Both the position numbers and the translations under genes were made by a program. From NCBI GenBank assembly GCA_900290305.1, contig OMOG01000745.1, positions 8,882-35,478 on the forward strand: 26,597 bases of DNA, written 5' to 3'. Position 1 is the first letter of the stretch. Each line of letters begins with the position of its first letter. This DNA is from Candidatus Sulfopaludibacter sp. SbA4. GTDB taxonomy: Bacteria > Acidobacteriota > Terriglobia > Bryobacterales > Bryobacteraceae. Positions 16,258 through 24,400 of the stretch are shown in pieces. A model generated the notes under the pieces. It saw only the letters and a program-made list of their open reading frames with translations, did not search any database and was not told the origin of the DNA.

Positions 16258-16923
16258 ATGGCCACTGCTGTTCTCAAGCAACAGTTCGAATCGGTGCTGG
16301 GCGGCCACCTGGACTGGCAGTCCCGGCCGGCGCCGGAGCGGGTGCGGTCGGGCATTTCGGAGGTGGATGCGGCCACCGGGGGGCTGCCGCGCGGATGCCT
16401 GACGGAGATCTTCGGCCCGGCTTCTTCGGGACGCACCAGCCTGCTGGTGTCCATCCTGGCGGAGGCCACGGGTCGCGATGAGGTCTGCGCGCTGGTGGAT
16501 GCGGAAGATGCCTTCGACCCCACGTCGGCGGCCGCGGCCGGAGTGCGTTTGGAGCGGCTGCTTTGGGTACGCGCCGCGCACAACGCCGAGCACGCGCTCA
16601 AAGCGGCCGACCTGCTGATCCAGGGCGGCGGTTTCGGAATGGTGGCCATGGATCTCGGCGACACGCGCCCCGAAACCGCGCGCCGCATTTCGCTGACTTC
16701 CTGGTTTCGCCTGCGGCGCGCGGTGGAGAACACGCCCACCGTGCTGGTGGCGGTGGCGCGGCAATCCAACGCCAAGACCTGCGCTTCCTTGATGCTGGAG
16801 TGCAGGCGCGAGCGCATCGCGTGGAGCGGGGAAAAGCGGCTGCTGCGCGCCATCGAGGTGCGGGTGGCGTCGACTCATCGGAGCAAGGTATGTTCGCCTG
16901 TCTTCACGGCCAAGGCAATCTGA
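16258..16923 (+). CDS. imuA: ImuA (RecA-fold SulA-like) component of the imuA-imuB-dnaE2 mutagenesis cassette
   Basis: GGLPRGCLTEIFGPASSGRTSLLVSILAEAT is a degenerate Walker-A-like RecA-fold core. The position is immediately upstream of imuB with a 34-nt overlap. Confidence 0.7.
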   Translation: MATAVLKQQFESVLGGHLDWQSRPAPERVRSGISEVDAATGGLPRGCLTEIFGPASSGRTSLLVSILAEATGRDEVCALVDAEDAFDPTSAAAAGVRLERLLWVRAAHNAEHALKAADLLIQGGGFGMVAMDLGDTRPETARRISLTSWFRLRRAVENTPTVLVAVARQSNAKTCASLMLECRRERIAWSGEKRLLRAIEVRVASTHRSKVCSPVFTAKAI

Positions 16924-18155
16924 CCGCGCTGGCCTTCGAGTTCTCGCCCACCGTGGAGCGGACCGCGGAGCCCTTGGCAGGGTGCCAGGAAGAAACCGTG
17001 ACGCTCGACGCCTCGGGGCTCGACCGGTTGTTCGGGCTTCCACAGGATGTGGCGGCGGCGCTGGCGCGTCGGGCCGCCGAAATCCGGGTGAAGGCCAACA
17101 TTGCGCTCGCGGCAAATCCCGATGCGGCCATCTGCGCGGCGCGCGGTTTCGCGGGCGTCAGCGTGATCCCGCAGGGCGACGAAGGCAAGTTCCTCGGCAC
17201 GCTGCCGCTCGCGGTGCTGGCCCCATCGCCCGAATTGCAGGAGACGCTGGAGCGATGGGGCATCCGCCGGTTCCAGGAGCTGGCGGGCTTGCCCCCGCTG
17301 GGGATCGCCGAGCGGCTCGGTCCCGAGGGATTGCGTCTGCGCGAGCTGGCGCGCGGCGAGGCGGAGCGCAAGCTGGTGCCGCTCGACCCGCCGCTGCGTT
17401 TCGAAGACGAGCTCGAGATGGAGTATCCGGTGGAGCTGCTGGAGCCGCTGGCGTTCGTGCTCTCACGGCTGCTGAACGGCCTGGCCACGCGCTTGGCCAC
17501 GCGCGGCCTGGCCACCGACGAACTGCGCCTGCGATTGAAGCTCGAAAACCGCGCGGCCCACGAGCGGACGCTGCGCCTGCCCGTGCCTTCGACCGATACC
17601 AAGGCATTTCTGAAGCTCTGGCAGCTCGACCTGTCGGCGAATCCTCCGCCAGCCCCCGTGGTGCACGTCTGGATGGGAGTGAACCCGGTAAAGCCGCAGG
17701 CAGCGCAGGGCGGCCTGTTCGTGCTGGCGAAGCCCGAGCCGGTGAAGCTGGAGCTGACGCTGGCGCGCATCCGGTCGATCGTGGGGGAAGGGCGAGCGGG
17801 CACTCCGGAGCTGCTCGACACCCACCGGCCGGGCGCGTTCCGGATGGCATCAGTGGCACAGGCATTCTTGCCTGTGTCTAGAAGGCCCTCTTTCCAGGTC
17901 CGCCTGTCCCTCCGCATCTTCCGTCCGCCGCGCGCCGCGCGAGTGGCCATCGCATCCGGGCAGCCCAGCTTCATCGACGCCCAAGGCATCCGCGGCAAGG
18001 TGTTAGAACTCGCCGGACCGTGGCGAACGTCCGGCGACTGGTGGACTACCGACCCGTGGTCGCGCGACGAATGGGACATCGCACTGTCGGACGGGGCGCT
18101 GTATCGGCTGTACTGCGACCCGCGCGGGTGGTTTTTGGAGGGGAGTTACGACTGA
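16890..18155 (+). CDS. imuB: ImuB, catalytically inactive Y-family polymerase-like protein (start at MFACLHGQGNL)
   Basis: An N-terminal Y-family fold (MFACLHG.. lacking the catalytic acidic triad context) and a conserved C-terminal ...GPWRTSGDWW...ALYRLYCDPRGWFLEGSYD tail. The upstream 109 codons of the ORF overlap imuA. Confidence 0.75.
   Translation: MFACLHGQGNLTALAFEFSPTVERTAEPLAGCQEETVTLDASGLDRLFGLPQDVAAALARRAAEIRVKANIALAANPDAAICAARGFAGVSVIPQGDEGKFLGTLPLAVLAPSPELQETLERWGIRRFQELAGLPPLGIAERLGPEGLRLRELARGEAERKLVPLDPPLRFEDELEMEYPVELLEPLAFVLSRLLNGLATRLATRGLATDELRLRLKLENRAAHERTLRLPVPSTDTKAFLKLWQLDLSANPPPAPVVHVWMGVNPVKPQAAQGGLFVLAKPEPVKLELTLARIRSIVGEGRAGTPELLDTHRPGAFRMASVAQAFLPVSRRPSFQVRLSLRIFRPPRAARVAIASGQPSFIDAQGIRGKVLELAGPWRTSGDWWTTDPWSRDEWDIALSDGALYRLYCDPRGWFLEGSYD
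17855..17878. repeat. inverted copy of the REP-like palindrome (GGCACAGGCATTCTTGCCTGTGTC) embedded in-frame in imuB
   Basis: A 22-nt exact match to the reverse complement of 4916-4939. It encodes VAQAFLPV within ImuB. Confidence 0.6.
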
Positions 18156-18285
18156 GGGCAATTTCAGATATGCTAAAGTCAGTTGTCTCTTAGTGGGTTG
18201 TCCAGCCGAACATGGAGTTGGTGTATCCTCTAGATCATGCGGGTGACGGCCAGGAGACGCGGGCCGCTCCAGCCTGGCGCCGCTG

Positions 18286-19071
18286 ATGCTCTTACATTTG
18301 ACGGCCGTTCAGATGCATAAAACCATGTCCTCCGGCCGAAACAAACCGGTCGTATTTGGCTGCATTGATGCCCAAGGCAACATGGCGGGCGATTACGTCG
18401 TGAAACTGTCCGGAGCGATGGAAACGCGGGCGCGGGGACCCGCCAGCGAGTTGATCGCTTCCTGCCTGGCAGGGCATTTTGGCCTGCAGTGTCCGAAGCC
18501 GGCCGTCGTCCAGTTGCATCCAGACTTGGTCAAATGGCTGGTGGCACAACGTTCTGACCTGGCGCCAATTATTCGTGCCAGTACAGGCTTCAATTTCGGT
18601 ACTGAGTTCCTGACAGACGGGGCAATCTGGCCGCCGGGCCGGCCTCTGCCGGAGACGATGTTCCTTACCGCGACCCACATATTTGCATTTGACGCCCTGA
18701 TCGACAATGACGATCGGCGGCGCGCGAATTCCAACGTCCTCGTCCGCGGCGATGATATCTTTGTCATAGACCATGAATCCGCTTTTGCATTCCTCTACCT
18801 GGTCCATACCCGCGTAGCGCCCTGGGAGGTCCGGCAGCGAACATCCCTCCGCGAGCATGTTTTCTTCTATCAACTCCGGAAGCAGCCCATCGACCTCACC
18901 ATGTTCACCGCGAGACTCGCAGGTCTCGGAGACGTTGAACTGGACCAAATGATCCAACAGATGCCAACCGAGTGGCGGCATGAAGATCTGGGCCGTGTTT
19001 CCGCACACTTAATGGCTGTGCGAGACCACGCGGCCGAATTTGAAAGGCAAGTTTTGGAGATATTGGCATGA
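18286..19071 (+). CDS. HipA-like (PI3/4-kinase-fold) putative Ser/Thr kinase, 261 aa
   Basis: FDALIDNDDRRRANSNVLV...DDIFVIDHESAF parallels the HipA catalytic and Mg-binding motifs (FNxLIGNxDDHxKNxSxL...LAPAYD). It is a small stand-alone kinase in a lower-GC islet. Confidence 0.5.
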   Translation: MLLHLTAVQMHKTMSSGRNKPVVFGCIDAQGNMAGDYVVKLSGAMETRARGPASELIASCLAGHFGLQCPKPAVVQLHPDLVKWLVAQRSDLAPIIRASTGFNFGTEFLTDGAIWPPGRPLPETMFLTATHIFAFDALIDNDDRRRANSNVLVRGDDIFVIDHESAFAFLYLVHTRVAPWEVRQRTSLREHVFFYQLRKQPIDLTMFTARLAGLGDVELDQMIQQMPTEWRHEDLGRVSAHLMAVRDHAAEFERQVLEILA

Positions 19072-19937
19072 TCCCATATAGCTTCAGTGTGCTTCGGTAT
19101 ATTCACGATGGCGTGACGGCGGAGTTCGTCAATGTCGGCGTGGCCGTATATGCAGGTGACCCGCCCTACCTGAAGGCAAAATGCACGATCCAATATGGCC
19201 GGATCACCCGCCTGTTCGATCGGATTGACGGCGATCGATTCAAGCAACTGGTCCGGTACATCGAGGAGGAGGTCACAAACCTCGGAGAAAAGCTCCGTCA
19301 ACGGACTCTCCCGTTTGCCGAGCGCGGCGCCACGATCCACGCGTTGCTCAAGGAGGTGTTGCCGCCTGACGACAGTGCGATTCAGTTTTCTCCAGCGGGA
19401 TTGGGTGTGACCGCGGACCTGGATGCAACCTTAGCCGAGTTGTACGAGCGGTATGTCGAGCGGTATTCCGGGGAGCAGGAGGTGCCGAGCCGCAGCAATG
19501 ATGAAGTCTGGCGTGTCTTCCGGCGGCCCCTGGAACGCCGCAACGTCATGGCGCACCTTACGCCGAAGAAAATTGTCGCTCCGGACTATGAATATGAGTT
19601 CCGTGCCGCGTGGAAGAATGAGGACTGGCATGTGTTTGAGCCCGTGTCATTCGACCTGGTAGAGCCGAACTCCATGCTGGAAAAGGCCAACCGATGGGTG
19701 GGGCGTTCGGCCAGCCTCGTCGAAAGCCCAGAGCAATTTCGCATTCATTTGCTCATCGGGGCGCCTCAGGACCCGCGCTTGTCGGGCGCCTTTACAAAGA
19801 CTCAACATATTCTGGGCAAGATGAGTGGTAACCCTGAGATAGTTTTGGAAAACCAGGCTGAAGAATTCGCGGCGGAACTCGAACGCCAAATCGGTGTCCA
19901 TGGCGGAGACGCACACGATCTGTTCGATCTGCGCTGA
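19068..19937 (+). CDS. DUF3037-like domain protein (289 aa), translationally coupled to the HipA-like kinase
   Basis: The N-terminus MIPYSFSVLRYIHDGVTAEFVNVGVAVYAGD matches the characteristic DUF3037 opening (..Y..LRY.P....EFVNIGV.L). There is an ATGA overlap with the upstream gene and a GGAGA SD. Confidence 0.6.
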   Translation: MIPYSFSVLRYIHDGVTAEFVNVGVAVYAGDPPYLKAKCTIQYGRITRLFDRIDGDRFKQLVRYIEEEVTNLGEKLRQRTLPFAERGATIHALLKEVLPPDDSAIQFSPAGLGVTADLDATLAELYERYVERYSGEQEVPSRSNDEVWRVFRRPLERRNVMAHLTPKKIVAPDYEYEFRAAWKNEDWHVFEPVSFDLVEPNSMLEKANRWVGRSASLVESPEQFRIHLLIGAPQDPRLSGAFTKTQHILGKMSGNPEIVLENQAEEFAAELERQIGVHGGDAHDLFDLR

Positions 19938-19963
19938 CAAGTCCTGGGCGCTTCGGTCACTGC

Positions 19964-19999
19964 TTGACGACGCTGTCGATACGTATCATAATACGTATC
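19964..19999 (+). promoter_or_regulatory. prlF-yhaV promoter/operator: TTGACG-N17-CATAAT overlapped by the palindrome GATACGTAT-cata-ATACGTATC (19978-19999)
   Basis: 9-bp perfect arms with a 4-nt spacer over the -10. This is the typical autoregulatory operator geometry for AbrB-fold antitoxins. Confidence 0.55.
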
Positions 20000-20012
20000 A
20001 GAGAGCAAGCCC

Positions 20013-20360
20013 ATGCCGACATTCTCCGGCTCCATCACGACAACGGGAAAATCGGAGGCCATCCGCCTGGACAAAGCTCTTTTCAGGCTTCATCCGGAGT
20101 TCCGTCAAAAGGCCAAGGTGCGTGCTCAAGTGATCGCTCCCGGTCACGCCCTGATTTCCGTGATGGAGGAAGGCGCCCCGGAAGTCCAGGAAGAGGATCC
20201 CGTAGTCACCGCATTTCTCGCATTCCTCGAAAAGGACATGAAAGCGCACCCCAAACGCATGGCCGCACTTTCGAAGCGATCCATCGCTCGCGCCACCCGG
20301 TTGACCAGGCGGGTGAAGGTGACGGACGACGAACGTCTTCCGGATGACATTTCGTTCTAG
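20013..20360 (+). CDS. prlF: type II antitoxin PrlF (SohA) family, swapped-hairpin AbrB-like
   Basis: The N-terminal beta-hairpin reads TTTGKSEAIRLDKAL. The C-terminal segment EEDPVVTAFLAFLEKDMKAHPKR parallels E. coli PrlF HPDPVLGAFLDFLAADIQNNPQ. An acidic tail follows. Confidence 0.75.
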   Translation: MPTFSGSITTTGKSEAIRLDKALFRLHPEFRQKAKVRAQVIAPGHALISVMEEGAPEVQEEDPVVTAFLAFLEKDMKAHPKRMAALSKRSIARATRLTRRVKVTDDERLPDDISF

Positions 20361-20368
20361 TTCTCACC

Positions 20369-20848
20369 ATGCGCCCGGCGCCCTTAACAGTGCGGAACGG
20401 GTGGAAGCTGTATGCCCACCCGGCCTTCAGCCAAAGATTGGAAGTCCTGATCGGGACCGCGGAGGCGCTCGAAAAGCGACGGCCCCAAAGCTATCGCGAT
20501 CACCCCAGCGCCAAACTGCTCAAACGCACCCTGGACCTGATTCTGGTTGAAATTCCACGGGATCCGAACGCGGCGGAATTCCAGCTTGGCAATACGCTGG
20601 GACCGGCGTATCGCCATTGGCGGCGCGCGAAGTTTCTCGGTCGATTTCGACTCTTCTTCCGGTTCAGCAGCACTCACAAGGCCATTGTGTACGCCTGGGT
20701 GAATGACGAAACCACGCTTCGGAAGGAAGGGTCACAGAGCGATCCTTACGCAGTTTTTATCAGGCGTCTTCAAACAGGCAACCCACCGGACCATTGGGAT
20801 GTCTTACTTCGGGAAGCGGATGCCGCCGACTTCAACGACGGAGACTAA
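20369..20848 (+). CDS. yhaV: type II toxin YhaV (ribosome-dependent RNase) family
   Basis: NGWKLYAHPAF ... HWRRAKFLGRFRLFFRFSSTHKAIVYAWVNDETTLR aligns almost motif-for-motif with E. coli YhaV (NGWALYAHPCF ... HWSRAKFFNGRYRLFFRYSSRHKTIVYAWVNDENTLR). Confidence 0.8.
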   Translation: MRPAPLTVRNGWKLYAHPAFSQRLEVLIGTAEALEKRRPQSYRDHPSAKLLKRTLDLILVEIPRDPNAAEFQLGNTLGPAYRHWRRAKFLGRFRLFFRFSSTHKAIVYAWVNDETTLRKEGSQSDPYAVFIRRLQTGNPPDHWDVLLREADAADFNDGD

Positions 20849-20849
20849 C

Positions 20850-21152
20850 TTACGGCAGATCTAGCGCCAGTTTGATGGCCTGTTCAATCTTCTCAAGAGC
20901 GGCGTGGCTCAGCGCGCCCAGCGGTGGATAGACAGCCTTGGACTTTTCGATCGTCGTCACCTGGTCGCACTTGACCCACGAATCGCGATCCAGGCCGCCT
21001 TCGCCTACTAGAAGATTCGGGCGCAGACGGAAGGCTTTGTGCTCTGCGGTGGAGATCGGCACCACGCAAACATCCAGGGAGTGGCGGTTCAGCGCGTCGG
21101 ACGAGATGACCAGGGCCTGCGGGGCGGGAGCGCCAACTCTCTTCACCGGCAT
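20850..21152 (-). CDS. MazF/PemK-family toxin-like protein, apparently lacking the usual N-terminal beta-strand
   Basis: PQALVISSDALNRHSLDVCVVPISTAEHKAFRLRPNLLVGEGGLDRDSWVKCDQVTTIEKSKA parallels the PemK/MazF core (RPVLIV...VVPITS...DSVVLCDQIRTID). An in-frame stop lies 12 codons upstream of the ATG, so the GEIWLVDFDP strand is absent. Confidence 0.6.
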   Translation of the reverse strand: MPVKRVGAPAPQALVISSDALNRHSLDVCVVPISTAEHKAFRLRPNLLVGEGGLDRDSWVKCDQVTTIEKSKAVYPPLGALSHAALEKIEQAIKLALDLP

Positions 21153-21337
21153 GACCCGCGCGTCCAGGACTCTCGGGCCGCGGACTCAAAAGCGCGGCGC
21201 TCCGCACGATCCTCGTGGTTGGCGGCAAAGAAGCCGGCAATTTCCCGCTCCAGGGGCGCTCGCTTTTCCTGATCCAAGGCAAAACGCAGCAGCCGGTTCA
21301 CCCGCTCGCTCTTCGACAAGTTTCCGTGGGGCTTCAC
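21143..21337 (-). CDS. putative antitoxin partner of the MazF-like gene (64 aa from a GTG; start uncertain)
   Basis: A small ORF overlapping the toxin start by 10 nt (ATGCCGGTGA arrangement), at the usual antitoxin position. It has no confident family motif. Confidence 0.35.
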   Translation of the reverse strand: MKPHGNLSKSERVNRLLRFALDQEKRAPLEREIAGFFAANHEDRAERRAFESAARESWTRGSCR

Positions 21338-21388
21338 TACAGCGAGAATAGCAAAGCGGGGGACCGCGAGGCCCCCATCTGGAAGCCG

Positions 21389-21447
21389 TTGACACCCCCA
21401 ACCCCATGCTGTATAAATTAAGTACAGGCGAATAAATGGCGAATATC
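21389..21447 (+). promoter_or_regulatory. dnaE2 promoter: TTGACA(21389-94)-N17-TATAAA with CTGTATAAAT, then GGCGAATA-N3-GGCGAATA abutting the ATG at 21448
   Basis: A near-duplicate of the imuA upstream block, including the direct repeat placed one helical turn apart over the RBS. It also contains the palindrome CTGTA-N9-TACAG. Confidence 0.6.
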
Positions 21448-24400
21448 ATGTTTATCGAGCTGCACGCCCGCTCCGCATTCAGCTTCCTCGAAGGCGCCTG
21501 TGTGCCCGAGGAACTGGCCGGCGCCTGCGCGGAATTCGGCATGCCTGCCATGGCCATCATGGACCGCAACGGCGTCTACGGCGCGCCGCGTTTCCACATG
21601 GCTGCCAGGAAGGCCGGCATCCGCGCGCACATCGGATCGGAGATCACCTGCACCAACGGCGTCTGTTATCCCCTGCTGGTGGAAACGCGAGAGGGCTATC
21701 AGAACCTCTGCCGCCTGGTCACCCGCATGAAGCTGCGCGCCAAAAAAGGGGAAGGCGCGGTCACGCTGGAAGAGATCGCGGAATTCGCGCGCGGCCTCGT
21801 CTGCATCACGCGCCATCCCGATGAGCGGCTGCTCGACATGTTCGGCCGCGGCAACGTCTACGCCGAGCTGCAGCGCCACTACCATCGCGAAGAGGAGGCG
21901 CGGAACCAGGCCATCGTGGACCGCGCGCGGCGGCTCGGCATCCCGCTGGTGGCCACCAACGGCGCCGCCTACGCCACGCCCGCGCAGCGTGAGCTGCTGG
22001 ATGTCTTTACCTGCGTCCGCAATCACGTGACGCTCGCCGATGCCGGCCGGCTGCTGGAGCGCAACTCGGAGCGCCACGTCAAAACTCCCGCCGAGATGGC
22101 GCGCCTGTTCGCCGATCTTCCCGAAGCCATCGCCAACACGCGAGAGATCTCCTCGCGGCTCCAGTTCACGCTGGCCGACCTGGGCTACGAGTTCCCGCGC
22201 TATCCCGTCCCCGAGGGCCACACGCAGATGTCCTTCCTGCGTCAGCTCGTGGACGAGGGAGCGCGTTTCCGCTACCAGCCGTATCACGAACGCGCGCGCC
22301 GGCAGATCGAGCGCGAGCTGGCGCTCATCGAGAAGCTGAACCTGCCCGGGTATTTTCTGATCGTGTGGGACATCGTGCGCTTCTGCCGCGAGAACGACAT
22401 CCTGTCGCAGGGCCGCGGCTCGGCCGCCAACAGCGCGGTGTGCTACGCGCTGCGCATCACCGCCGTCGACCCCGTGGGCATGGACCTGCTCTTCGAACGC
22501 TTCCTTTCCGAGGAGCGCGGCGAGTGGCCCGACATCGATATCGACCTGCCCAGCGGCGACAAACGCGAGCGCGCCATCCAGTACGTCTACCAGCGCTTCG
22601 GTAAGCTGGGCGCGGCCATGACCGCCAACGTCATCACCTACCGCGGCCGTTCCGCGGCGCGCGAGGTGGGCAAGGCGCTGGGCTTCGAGATCACCACGCT
22701 CGAGCGGCTTTCGAGCCTGGTGCGGACGTGGGAATGGAAGGACCCCAAGGACACCAACGAACGCCAGTTCCGCGAGGCTGGCTTCGACCTGAGCCATCCG
22801 CGCGTGCGCAAATTTTTCGAGCTGTACCGCATGGCGCAGGATCTGCCGCGCCACCTCGGACAGCACTCGGGCGGCATGGTGATCTGCCAGGGGGCGCTCG
22901 ATTCGGTGGTGCCGCTCGAACCGGCCACCATGCCCGGCCGCGTGGTGGTGCAGTGGGACAAGGAAGACTGCGCCGATATGGGGATCATCAAGGTGGACCT
23001 GCTGGGGCTGGGGATGATGGCGGTGATCGAGGACACCCTCAAGCTGATTCCCCAGACATACGGAGAAGAGGTGGACCTGGCGCACCTGCCGCCCGACGAC
23101 CCCGCGGTATTCCAGGCGCTGCAGAAGGCCGACACCATTGGCATGTTCCAGGTGGAGAGCCGCGCGCAGATGTCGTCGCTGCCGCGCATGCGGCCGCAGC
23201 GGTTCTACGACATCGTGGTGCAGGTAGCGATCATCCGGCCGGGGCCGATCGTGGGCAAGATGGTGCATCCTTATTTGAACCGGCGGCAGGGGCGGGAAGC
23301 GCCGGACTGCCTGCACCCCTCGCTCGAGCCGGTGCTCCGGCGGACGCTGGGAGTGCCGCTGTTCCAGGAGCAGTTGCTGCGCATGGCGATGATCGCGGCG
23401 GGATTCACGGGCGGGCAGGCCGAGGAGCTGCGCCGCGCCATGGGCTTCAAGCGCTCGGAAAAACGCATGGCCGAGATCGAAGTGAAGCTGCGCGAGGGCA
23501 TGGATCGCAACGGCATTCGGGGCAAGGCGCAGGAGGATATCGTGCGCTCCATCACCGCGTTCGCGCTGTACGGATTTCCCGAGTCGCACGCCGCGAGCTT
23601 CGCGCTGCTGGCGTATGCCAGCGCGTATCTGAAGTGCCATTACCTGGCGGCGTTCACCTGCGCCCTGCTGAACAACCAGCCGATGGGTTTTTATGCGCCG
23701 GCCATTCTGATCAAGGACGCGCAGCGGCACGGCCTGCGCGTGCTGCCGGTGGATGTGGCGCGCTCGGAGTGGGAGTGCACGGTGGAGGGGGATTACTCGA
23801 CGCGGAGCCGCAGAGGGCGCGGAGAAAAGCGCGGAGAAGAACACGAGAGAACGGAGGGGGCAGAGAGCGCGGAGGATCCTTCCACGTTGCGCCTTAGGCT
23901 CGGGCTGCAGTATGCCAGGGGGCTGCGGGAGGAAGCGGGGCGCGCGATCGTGCGGGCGCGGCCGTTCAGCAGCGTGGACGACCTGGCCTTGCGCGTGCCG
24001 GAACTGCGCAAGGACGAAATCAACCGGCTGGCGGAAATCGGCGCGCTCAATTCCCTGGAGGCCCATCGCCGCGATGCCCTCTGGCAGGCGCAGCGCGCGA
24101 TCCTGCCGGTGGGCCCGCTGCTCGAGCCGCTGGAAGAAACGGGCCAGCCGTCGCCGCTCTCTCCCATGACCACGGACGAGCGGCTATCGGCCGATTACCG
24201 CGGCACCGGCCTGACCATCGGCAAGCACCCCATGGCCTATCGCCGAGCCGAAATGAACGCGCTCAAAGTGACTCGCGCCATCGACCTGGAACGGGTTCCG
24301 GACGGCCGCCTGGTGCGTATCGCGGGGTCGGTAATCGTGCGGCAGCGTCCCGGCACGGCCAACGGATTCGTCTTCCTGAGCATGGAGGACGAGACCGGCA

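Noticed and set aside
16231-18079. 294-aa and 391-aa minus-strand ORFs over imuA/imuB
   Set aside because: Antisense to ImuA/ImuB, which carry recognisable RecA-fold and ImuB C-terminal motifs. The translations are low-complexity.
21418-24066. 882-aa minus-strand ORF
   Set aside because: It lies entirely antisense to dnaE2 and translates to low-complexity R/A/G/H-rich sequence with no domain-like motifs.
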